A stretch of 64,000 nt of DNA from Candidatus Omnitrophota bacterium (GTDB lineage Bacteria > Omnitrophota > Omnitrophia > Omnitrophales > Aquincolibacteriaceae): positions 160,423 to 224,422 of the forward strand of contig JAUYMS010000042.1 in assembly GCA_030698625.1 (NCBI GenBank), in the 5' to 3' direction. A program made the position numbers and the translations under genes. The notes beneath the pieces are model-generated. The model worked only from the letters and a program-made list of their open reading frames with translations, was not told the DNA's origin and ran no database searches. Shown here piece by piece: positions 56,887 through 64,000 of the stretch; positions within the stretch are counted from its first letter, which is position 1, and each line of letters starts with the position of its first letter.

Positions 56887-58698
56887 TCATAACCGCACCT
56901 TTTGCCGGGCAAATTCCACCCAGTCCTCGTTAAGTTCTTCCATAACATCTTCGAAGGCCTCTCCGAAGGCATCGACACTGAAGGACTCATTCGTGAGCAT
57001 TTCGATATACTTTCGCAATCGAGGGATGTATTTCCCGTTTTCATACTCGAAAAAGAATTGGGCGGCGTTTCGCCATAGCACATAGGACCGCGGTTGATAA
57101 TCGCGCGTCTTGATAACTCGATCCAGATCCGGCAGTTTCCCGAACCGATAGAGTTCGGACATATAGGTCTTCCCGGCAAGTCTGTTTTCCAAGAAATCAA
57201 TCCCGGAAAGCTTCATGCTCACATAGTCGGCCACCCCTTCATCCAGCCACGCTGGAGCACGAATCATCAGATCGGCCATCACCCAATGTGCGATTTCGTG
57301 GATGATGCCGCCGGTCTTGAGTTCCTCGGTGAAGTGATAATAGAGTGTATTCTTCTCCCTGACGAATACCCCAGAGAAAAAAACGGCATCCGAAAAGTAG
57401 TAATCATAAGAATCGCGGACAAAGGATATCTTGTCGGCATAAATATTGAGATCGGCTTTAGGCTGCGCGATGACCTTTTCACCGAAGATGGGCGTGAGGA
57501 TCTTGGTCAAATCATCGACATACTCATCCAGACTCGCCAAAAACTCCGTGCGGTAAGGATCCCCGACATTCGTCTTTAATTTGAAATAGCGCGACTCGAG
57601 GACTTCTGCATCCTTCCACTCTCCGGTTTTAGTCTTTCTTTCGAATTCGCGCTGACGGACATAGTCTTTGTATGCCTGTTGGGCCGTCTCTACCACAGTG
57701 ATCTTGTCGGTCTTTACATGCGTTATTTCTTCGATCGCATCGATGGCTTTATCCAACTCGCCCAACTCGCCGTCGATAAGCGCAATCGAGAGCTGCAGCT
57801 CCAGGTCATCCGGGTAGTAGTGCATAAGCCATCGAAGCTTTTCTTTCGCCTGCAAAAAATTTCCGGCTTCCATCATGAGCGCTGTGCGGCGGTAGTGTTC
57901 ACGCAGCGAGCTCTTGATCCCATCTTCCCTTCTCCGCACTTCACCCAAGAGCACGCGGCCCAAATGAACATCGTTAACATACTGCATCGTGACAATCTCA
58001 GGATGACCGGGGACAAGACTCAGAGCCTTTTCGATCCACACACCGGCTTCGTCATAATTCATACGCTTCATATGGTAAGTGGCTCTTAGAATGCAGTATT
58101 CGACATCTTCTATATCGTCGACACCATAATCCAGGATAACGGGGCCGCACTTCTTATACTCACCGAGCGTCAGGTAAATTCCGCAAAGCTCGGTACGCGG
58201 CTTCAGGAGGTTGGGTTGCAGCTTAATCAGTTTTTCTAGTTCTACCTGGGCCCGCACCAACTTGCGCTCGAACATCAGGAGATTTGCCTTAGTATAGATA
58301 TCTGTCCAGGAATCCCCCAGCGTCTCGAGAAGTTCCTCGTTCAGGGCATAGGCGTCGCTCATCTTACCTTGATAGATGAGCGTACTGACAAGCTCACGCT
58401 TGGCTGAGACATTGTCGGGGGCGCGCTCCAAGAGCTTGCGGTAGATCTCTTCGCCATCCTCATAGCGTCCCTGAGCCGCGAGGGCGCTGCCCAGAAGGCC
58501 CCATATTTCATTGTCTTCCGGGTGGTCGGCCAAATAACTGCGGAAAAGGTCCTCATGTGCCGTGGGATCGCCCTCAAAATAGAGCTTCAGGACCTGGGCT
58601 CGGCTTGGACTCTCCCGATTGGCAGCATCGAGACGAATGACAGGAATAATAACGACGAGTGCGGTTATTGTGAGCGCATATAGAGTGCCACGTGACAA
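56887..58698 (-). CDS. Secreted TPR-repeat protein with a C-terminal HExxH (gluzincin-like) putative metallopeptidase domain
   Basis: Signal peptide. Multiple TPR units. GGIIHEIAHWVMADL...DEGVADY (HEIAH plus downstream Glu). Confidence 0.6.
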   Translation of the reverse strand: MSRGTLYALTITALVVIIPVIRLDAANRESPSRAQVLKLYFEGDPTAHEDLFRSYLADHPEDNEIWGLLGSALAAQGRYEDGEEIYRKLLERAPDNVSAKRELVSTLIYQGKMSDAYALNEELLETLGDSWTDIYTKANLLMFERKLVRAQVELEKLIKLQPNLLKPRTELCGIYLTLGEYKKCGPVILDYGVDDIEDVEYCILRATYHMKRMNYDEAGVWIEKALSLVPGHPEIVTMQYVNDVHLGRVLLGEVRRREDGIKSSLREHYRRTALMMEAGNFLQAKEKLRWLMHYYPDDLELQLSIALIDGELGELDKAIDAIEEITHVKTDKITVVETAQQAYKDYVRQREFERKTKTGEWKDAEVLESRYFKLKTNVGDPYRTEFLASLDEYVDDLTKILTPIFGEKVIAQPKADLNIYADKISFVRDSYDYYFSDAVFFSGVFVREKNTLYYHFTEELKTGGIIHEIAHWVMADLMIRAPAWLDEGVADYVSMKLSGIDFLENRLAGKTYMSELYRFGKLPDLDRVIKTRDYQPRSYVLWRNAAQFFFEYENGKYIPRLRKYIEMLTNESFSVDAFGEAFEDVMEELNEDWVEFARQKVRL

Positions 58699-58749
58699 AC
58701 TTCACCTCCAAGTAACCATTGTAATCGCCGTAACTTACGATTGCAAACC

Positions 58750-59448
58750 TCAAATGGCGGGCTTGATGCGAAACTCTAATGCGATGGTCGTACCGGAACC
58801 CCGGAAGCTGGAAACAGCAATGCGACCGCGATTTTTGCTCACAAGGCCTTGGGTCAGGTAAAGGCCAAGACCGCTTCCTTCTTCTGCGGGTTTGGTGCTA
58901 AAAAAAGGCCGGAAGAGGCACCGCAAAGCGGCCGTCTCTATCCCGGGACCGGTATCGGCGAGTGTGATCGTAGCACGATGCTCGCCTTCTGCGGAGCAGG
59001 CGATTTGCGCGCGTAGAATTAGTTTCCCGTTGAAGGCAATGGCCTGCAGTGCATTCTTGCAGAGGTGATACAGAATCTCCTGAAATTCACCCCCTTCACA
59101 GCATATGGCTGGAAAATCGTCCGGGATTCGATCCAGTATCTCAATAGAGTCAAAAGGAAATTCTCGTTGAAGAATGCGCCTGACCCGGCTCCAGGTTTCC
59201 TTGAGTCCCGCCTCAGATTGGAGGGAATTGTCCTCATGAGCCATTCCGCTCACAACCTGTCGAATACGTTTCGTGATTTTCAACCCCTGCCGGGCCTTCA
59301 GGTAGGCGCTTTTAAGGATCTTCTCGGCGTGAATGAGCCGCTCCTCACGATTGTCAAAATACCCCTCATCGACCTGGGCTAGATGCGCCTCCGCCATACC
59401 CTTGATCACGTAGAATATGTTGAGCACATTGTGCTGAAGCTGTCCCAT
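58750..59448 (-). CDS. Sensor-less cytoplasmic histidine kinase (HisKA-like + HATPase_c)
   Basis: H-box-like LQHNVLN, N-box LCKNALQA, G1 LADTGPGI, G2 GSGLGLYL. No TM or sensor domain. Confidence 0.7.
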   Translation of the reverse strand: MGQLQHNVLNIFYVIKGMAEAHLAQVDEGYFDNREERLIHAEKILKSAYLKARQGLKITKRIRQVVSGMAHEDNSLQSEAGLKETWSRVRRILQREFPFDSIEILDRIPDDFPAICCEGGEFQEILYHLCKNALQAIAFNGKLILRAQIACSAEGEHRATITLADTGPGIETAALRCLFRPFFSTKPAEEGSGLGLYLTQGLVSKNRGRIAVSSFRGSGTTIALEFRIKPAI

Positions 59449-59457
59449 GATGCTCGT

Positions 59458-60009
59458 TTACCTCCCTTTGATATACCGACGAACTTTCATTTTCCACCAC
59501 CAAGATCTGAGATACTGCCGGCCGATAGCCAAGTCGCTGAGCTTACCAAATGCCCCTGCCGGGAAACATGTCTCCTGGCAATAATATCTCGCAAACGCCT
59601 GAATCAAATCACGGTAGCGATGAAAGAACCGTATCCAGGATTTGGAATTCGTGGGAAGGTCGCAGCGCAAAACGGCAATCAAGCGGTCTATGATCCGGGA
59701 ATGTGCTTGTGCCTCATCGGCGACGAATTCCTGCAGACAGCTCAGATGCTCTATAATTCTTAGGGCCTTGCGCGCATCGAGCCATCCCTCCTTTCCGCTC
59801 AGGGCAAAATGCGCGATCAGAGAAAAATATGAAAGCGCATGGTTGGCATTGTGGTGTTCCTGCATGGACTGAAGCCGCTGGGTAATCGGAGCTTGCTGCG
59901 ACACGATACGAATCAAGCCTTCTGGGCTCTCACTTATGTAAGTTTTGTCTGGTTCATCTTTATTACTTTTTTCTCGATAATTAACATCTATTGTCCTCTC
60001 TGCCTTCAT
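59458..60009 (-). CDS. Hypothetical protein immediately upstream of the histidine kinase
   Basis: 183 aa. 9-nt gap to the HK gene. No recognisable motif. Confidence 0.4.
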   Translation of the reverse strand: MKAERTIDVNYREKSNKDEPDKTYISESPEGLIRIVSQQAPITQRLQSMQEHHNANHALSYFSLIAHFALSGKEGWLDARKALRIIEHLSCLQEFVADEAQAHSRIIDRLIAVLRCDLPTNSKSWIRFFHRYRDLIQAFARYYCQETCFPAGAFGKLSDLAIGRQYLRSWWWKMKVRRYIKGR

Positions 60010-60173
60010 CGCTTTATCCCCCTTAATTTCTTACTTATGGGAACCATAGCACCCGAGGTTCAGCATAACAAGGTCTCCATATTAGATAGTTTTTACTATA
60101 TTTTTATCGATATTTGACAACCTCTATAAATCCGGCTAAGCTTATGAAGTTAAGACCTGTTTAAGGGAGATTC

Positions 60174-61502
60174 ATGTACAAGCAGATCTGGGAAAAATAT
60201 CGTGCCAGCTTGCCCGGGTTTCCTGCACTGCGGCGCCCATTAGTCGGTTCGGTCATCAAGGAAATTCGCGTAGACAAGGGCATAGCACAAAAGGATTTCT
60301 CGCGTCTAGTCGGTATCCACGAATCGACGCTAAAATCCATCGAGAACGATCATCAGCAGGCGACGACAGTCGACAACCTCGAGCGGTGCGCTAAGGTTCT
60401 GGGTCTGAGCGCTGACAGCTTGATTCTGGCCGGGCAAGAACGAGATCCCGCAAATTGTTTCATCCAGAAGAAAACGGCTCCATCTGCGATTACAGGCATT
60501 CGCAAGAGAAAACGCGCACCGGAAGAATGGCATCAGAGTCTGCGACTCCGTTTTAAGGATTTCGACCTAACCCCCATCTCCGCCCCTATTGCAAGCAAGA
60601 AAGACTTTTTTTTATGCCGCATCAATTTGCCGCCCAAGCGCTCCATTAGGAATCTGCGTTTACCCGGTCATCACGCAGTAATCGGATTTGTGTCAGGCGG
60701 ATTCAATGTCAAAGTCACATGCGGTTCAAAAATAGCTGAGGTTACAAGCAATCAGGGCTTTGCCCTCGACGGATTTTTCCCCCACGACATTCGCAACGAT
60801 GATGAAGATCAGGGCGCGATCATCTATCTCGTGACCCGCTTTCCGAACTTCTCCATGATCGGTCAGACAACTTCGTCTTCTGAGAAACGTCCTGGCTCGA
60901 TCCGCATATCTCAAGGAATCGAGCAATTACGTCGGCATCGCTCCGACCGTCCTGGACGGCCAATTTCGGTACAACATCTCGCGGATCTTACGGATACCCT
61001 CGATCATGAACAAGTCGCAAAGATGATGCGCCTCAAAAAGGGTTCGTCTGTAGTTTATTGGGAAAAGATTGAGGATCTCCTCGGAGGCGTAGGCGTATCG
61101 CTTGAAAAGTTTCTCCTCTGGTCGCAGGAGAGATCACAAAAGCCCTTTTCGGTGGCCACAGCGACAACACGCGCGATGATCGATTTTAGCACTTATCATG
61201 GAATCAAGATTTACTCAGCGGTTCCCCCAGGCATTGAGCACCGATTCTTCTGCGGCGAACTCTTCATTGCCGGCAAGGGCACTCTTATCAAGCGCGGGTG
61301 GGAACGTAAGGATCCAAGCATGATCGGCATTTATGTGGAGGAGGGGGAAATGGAGGTAACGGTCGGGAAACGGCGCAGTGCCCTGCCAATATTAAAGGGA
61401 GAATCGATTTACTTCGACGGGAGTCTGGGATATGTCCTGAGAAATGCCGCAAACAATCAGGTGAAAGGCTTTATGGCCGCCTGCCCTTCGATACATTTTT
61501 AG
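60174..61502 (+). CDS. XRE-family HTH transcriptional regulator with a large C-terminal (cupin-like) domain
   Basis: N-terminal GIAQKDFSRLVGIHESTLKSIEN helix-turn-helix. 442 aa. The only + strand gene in the right 27 kb. Confidence 0.65.
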   Translation: MYKQIWEKYRASLPGFPALRRPLVGSVIKEIRVDKGIAQKDFSRLVGIHESTLKSIENDHQQATTVDNLERCAKVLGLSADSLILAGQERDPANCFIQKKTAPSAITGIRKRKRAPEEWHQSLRLRFKDFDLTPISAPIASKKDFFLCRINLPPKRSIRNLRLPGHHAVIGFVSGGFNVKVTCGSKIAEVTSNQGFALDGFFPHDIRNDDEDQGAIIYLVTRFPNFSMIGQTTSSSEKRPGSIRISQGIEQLRRHRSDRPGRPISVQHLADLTDTLDHEQVAKMMRLKKGSSVVYWEKIEDLLGGVGVSLEKFLLWSQERSQKPFSVATATTRAMIDFSTYHGIKIYSAVPPGIEHRFFCGELFIAGKGTLIKRGWERKDPSMIGIYVEEGEMEVTVGKRRSALPILKGESIYFDGSLGYVLRNAANNQVKGFMAACPSIHF

Positions 61503-61504
61503 CG

Positions 61505-62335
61505 TTAACTGCCGGTGCCGAGGGTATTGGCTTCGGTTGCCATCACTTTTATCTGCTCAATTAATGTCGGAAGATCAAAAGGTTTTGTAACTAACGCCGC
61601 CGAATCGAAACCCACGCTGCGGAGTTTCTCCTTCATCTCGTCTACATACTTGGCGGAGACCGGGATAAACCTGATCATCTTGTTGAATTTCTTCACCTCT
61701 TCGATCAATTTGTGCCCCGGGATCTTGGGAAGCGACATGTCTACAACGGCGATCTGGCATGTATCCTTGTCTACCCTAAAGAAATCAAGGGCCGCCTGGC
61801 CGTCGCGGAAGGTTATGACTTCATACTTTCTTTCCCGAAGAATTTCGGCCAGAATCTCGTTAATTTCATCCTCGTCGTCCACGAGCACCACCTTGGTGCG
61901 GTTATCATAGTAAATCTCATCCTCATAATCACTGCCGACTTCACTGGGAGCGACAATACGATTAAGCTTTCTGTTAATACTGGCCTCGATTTTCGAGAAA
62001 TCCCGAAAAGGCTTTTCAATGACATCTTCGGCCGTAATCCCTACCTGCTCCAGGCGTTCACGTTCATCTTGAAAATAAGCCGTAATGATAAGGACCGGCG
62101 TCTTAACGTTGTTGGCACGAAGGTTTTGAAGCACCTCATACCCGTTTAAGCGTTCCATACGCAAATCGAGAAGTATGAGGTGAACCTCAAAGGCCTCAAG
62201 CGTCTGTTTTACAATGGCCGGATTGGCCGTAGCGATCGGTTCGTAATTGCGACGACGGAAATGGGTCACGAGCTGTTCGATGACGGTCTTATCATCATCG
62301 ACAATAAGTATGGTAGTCGGTTTGTCACCCATCAA
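61505..62335 (-). CDS. Tandem-receiver response regulator (REC-REC)
   Basis: Two D-D...D...KP receiver cores: ILIVDDDK...LILLDLRM and VLVDDEDE...AVVDMSLP. Confidence 0.8.
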   Translation of the reverse strand: MMGDKPTTILIVDDDKTVIEQLVTHFRRRNYEPIATANPAIVKQTLEAFEVHLILLDLRMERLNGYEVLQNLRANNVKTPVLIITAYFQDERERLEQVGITAEDVIEKPFRDFSKIEASINRKLNRIVAPSEVGSDYEDEIYYDNRTKVVLVDDEDEINEILAEILRERKYEVITFRDGQAALDFFRVDKDTCQIAVVDMSLPKIPGHKLIEEVKKFNKMIRFIPVSAKYVDEMKEKLRSVGFDSAALVTKPFDLPTLIEQIKVMATEANTLGTGS

Positions 62336-62347
62336 AAACTCTCCTCC

Positions 62348-62732
62348 TTAGCGTCCGAGCACAATGTTAATTTCATTTACAAATCTTTCAGGATTTAAAT
62401 CGCCCGGTTTTTCTAACACTTTATCGACGAGATCGCTTACGGCATGATCCTCAAGCGTGGGGCCGAGAAACCGCTTCGCCGTCGCCGACATAACAATGAT
62501 TTTGGGGCGGTTCTGAACGGCCCTGTAGGTTTTGATGATGTCGATCCCGGATGTGGAACCGCTAAGACGCACATCGACGATGAGGGCATCGTAGGGCACA
62601 TTAGTAAGATATTCTAGGCCCTCCTCACCGGAATGAACGACATCGACGTCATAACCGCCCTCCACGAGAACCTCCTTCAGGATCTCGCAAATATCCGTTT
62701 CGTCTTCAACGATTAGGATCCGTCGCCCCATA
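62348..62732 (-). CDS. Stand-alone response regulator receiver
   Basis: Start at MGRRILIVEDETD (ATG at 62732). DALIVDVRL...KP. The track ORF is extended upstream to 63019 through an unrelated frame. Confidence 0.75.
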
Positions 62733-62738
62733 GAACCC

Positions 62739-63101
62739 CTAAGCAGAAGCCGCAATTGCTCGCAGCACCTGAAGCTGATTGAGATGCCGGTGCTTGAGCC
62801 GTTCGTATCGCATCTTCTCAGCCTGCGCACGATCGATGATACTCTTATAAACCTGTTCCATTTCGTCGACCCATTTAGCATACTCCTTAAGGCCGTCGCT
62901 GTCCTTCTCACGAACCAGCGCTTCCCGTATCTTTTCATATTGAGAGATGGCTCTAGCCTCGGCTTCGGCTTTCTGGTCGTACCAGTCTGCCATGGATAGT
63001 GACTCGTTGACTGCCGCACCTACTTGAGACCACGCCTTCGCTGATTGAACCGTTAACAACATCACCCCGCACGCGATCACAACCATTGCCTTTTTGATCA
63101 T
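62739..63101 (-). CDS. Small secreted coiled-coil protein
   Basis: Signal peptide MIKKAMVVIACGVMLLTVQSAKA, then a charged helical region. 7-nt gap to the downstream receiver. Confidence 0.45.
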   Translation of the reverse strand: MIKKAMVVIACGVMLLTVQSAKAWSQVGAAVNESLSMADWYDQKAEAEARAISQYEKIREALVREKDSDGLKEYAKWVDEMEQVYKSIIDRAQAEKMRYERLKHRHLNQLQVLRAIAASA

Positions 63102-64000
63102 GGCTTTCTGTTGCCTCCTTGTTTTTTAAATTCGCCGCACTCTAGCCCCCAGATATCTTGAGCATATTCAGCGATCGTGCGGTCGCTTGAGAACTTACCC
63201 GAACGCGACACGTTGAGAATTGCCTTTTGTGTCCAATCTTGAACATCCAGATAATTCTTAGAAACAGCCGCTTGTGCCTGACAATACGCCTCGAAATCGG
63301 CACAAACGAAATACCGGTCGAAGGATTTCAGATTCTCAATCAGGGGCCTAAAGATGCCCTGCTCCATAGGAGAAAAGAAATCCGCTTCGACCATTTGAAA
63401 AATCTCTTCGAGGACGGGCGACTTCTGGATAATCTCGCGAGGATTGTACCCCGCAGCAGACATCCCCTTAACCTCCTCGGAACTCAACCCAAACATAAAC
63501 ATGTTTTCGCTTCCCGCCGCTTCGGCCATCTCGATATTGGCGCCGTCCTGGGTACCGATGGTCAGGGCCCCGTTCATCATAAATTTCATGCAACCCGTAC
63601 CCGAGGCCTCCTTTCCTGCCGTGGAAATCTGCTCTGAGAGATCGCTTGCGGGAAAGATCTTTTCGGCAAGAGAAACGCGGTAATTCTCCAGAAACAAAAC
63701 TTTGAGCTTTTCGTGACAAGACCTGTCTTGGTTGATCACGCCGGCGATGCTCGTAATAAACTTGATAACAAGCTTTGCCATGGCGTAACCCGGCGCAGCC
63801 TTTCCGCCAAAAATAAACGTTCGGCTGACGTTATGGCTTCTCGGATTGTGCTTGATTTTCAAGTACTCCGAGATGATATAAAAAGCGAATAACACCTGGC
63901 GCTTATATTCGTGAATTCTTTTGACCTGAACGTCAAAAAGAGAGTGCTCATCCACCCGAACTCCGGTCATCTCCCGGATAAGTCCGGCCAGCACCCTCTT
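63098..64000 (-). CDS. glgP: Glycogen/maltodextrin phosphorylase (GT35), C-terminal part; the N-terminus lies beyond the right window edge
   Basis: EASGTGCMKFMMNGALTIGTQDGANIEM pyridoxal-phosphate-site motif. The reading frame is open to position 64000. Confidence 0.85.
   Translation of the reverse strand, partial: KRVLAGLIREMTGVRVDEHSLFDVQVKRIHEYKRQVLFAFYIISEYLKIKHNPRSHNVSRTFIFGGKAAPGYAMAKLVIKFITSIAGVINQDRSCHEKLKVLFLENYRVSLAEKIFPASDLSEQISTAGKEASGTGCMKFMMNGALTIGTQDGANIEMAEAAGSENMFMFGLSSEEVKGMSAAGYNPREIIQKSPVLEEIFQMVEADFFSPMEQGIFRPLIENLKSFDRYFVCADFEAYCQAQAAVSKNYLDVQDWTQKAILNVSRSGKFSSDRTIAEYAQDIWGLECGEFKKQGGNRKP

Noticed and set aside
62348-63019. 223-aa track ORF
   Set aside because: Only the last 128 aa (from MGRRILIVEDE, ATG at 62732) form a receiver domain. 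The upstream extension is Arg/Ser-rich and overlaps a separate signal-peptide gene (62739..63101) in another frame.
1-64000. CRISPR array, prophage or mobile element
   Set aside because: No direct-repeat arrays and no integrase, transposase or phage structural genes are recognisable. Gene content is chromosomal housekeeping and accessory metabolism.

Overview
This is a 64 kb stretch of a Gram-negative-type bacterial chromosome at roughly 55% GC. It is densely coding, with about 60 genes, and almost every gene from position 5.9 kb to the right edge lies on the minus strand. I saw no rRNA or tRNA genes, no CRISPR array, and no transposase or integrase.

Recognisable content, left to right:
- **1..2738 (-):** a secreted protein truncated at its C-terminus by the window edge. 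It is absent from the ORF track, and the + strand ORFs listed over 1..2800 are antisense artefacts of it.
- **2910..14140:** bifunctional PutA (proline dehydrogenase fused to P5C dehydrogenase), a 1385-aa secreted beta-propeller/FN3/beta-sandwich-repeat protein, leucine dehydrogenase and a KefB-like K+/H+ antiporter.
- **19784 down to 11270 (-):** a long co-directional gene string. It runs from a plant-type ferredoxin-NADP reductase through three stand-alone CheY-like receivers, a periplasmic PTP-like lipoprotein, DUF1223 and a cyclophilin.
- **20180..24511 (+):** a pentaheme c-type cytochrome, an outer-membrane beta-barrel, and a tetraheme cytochrome. This is the best candidate for an undescribed system, a porin-cytochrome-like electron conduit.
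- **24660..26221:** a PilZ::N-acyl-amino-acid-synthase (FeeM-like) fusion next to a TIGR04073-like exosortase-associated small protein.
- **28428..29447:** a YahK-type Zn alcohol dehydrogenase interrupted by an in-frame TAA.
- **29819..32426:** a qor-CDGSH-YceI-crcB-DUF190 operon.
- **33878..35728:** an ABC-F ATPase.
- **40391..47010:** a fatty-acid-modification cluster with two CFA-synthase paralogs, a DUF1365::CFAS fusion, a desaturase::CHI-like fusion, DUF1295 and an FAD oxidoreductase, preceded by a GT-C glycosyltransferase and DedA at 38022..40378.
- **47003..50149:** a membrane spermidine-synthase::TPR fusion.
- **50153..64000:** an alpha-glucan/glycogen region with two GH57 proteins, DUF4912, a wHTH protein and partial GlgP, interspersed with receivers, a sensor-less histidine kinase and a TPR/HExxH protein.

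Every call rests on reading the translated ORFs and the nucleotide sequence by eye. No database search was run.
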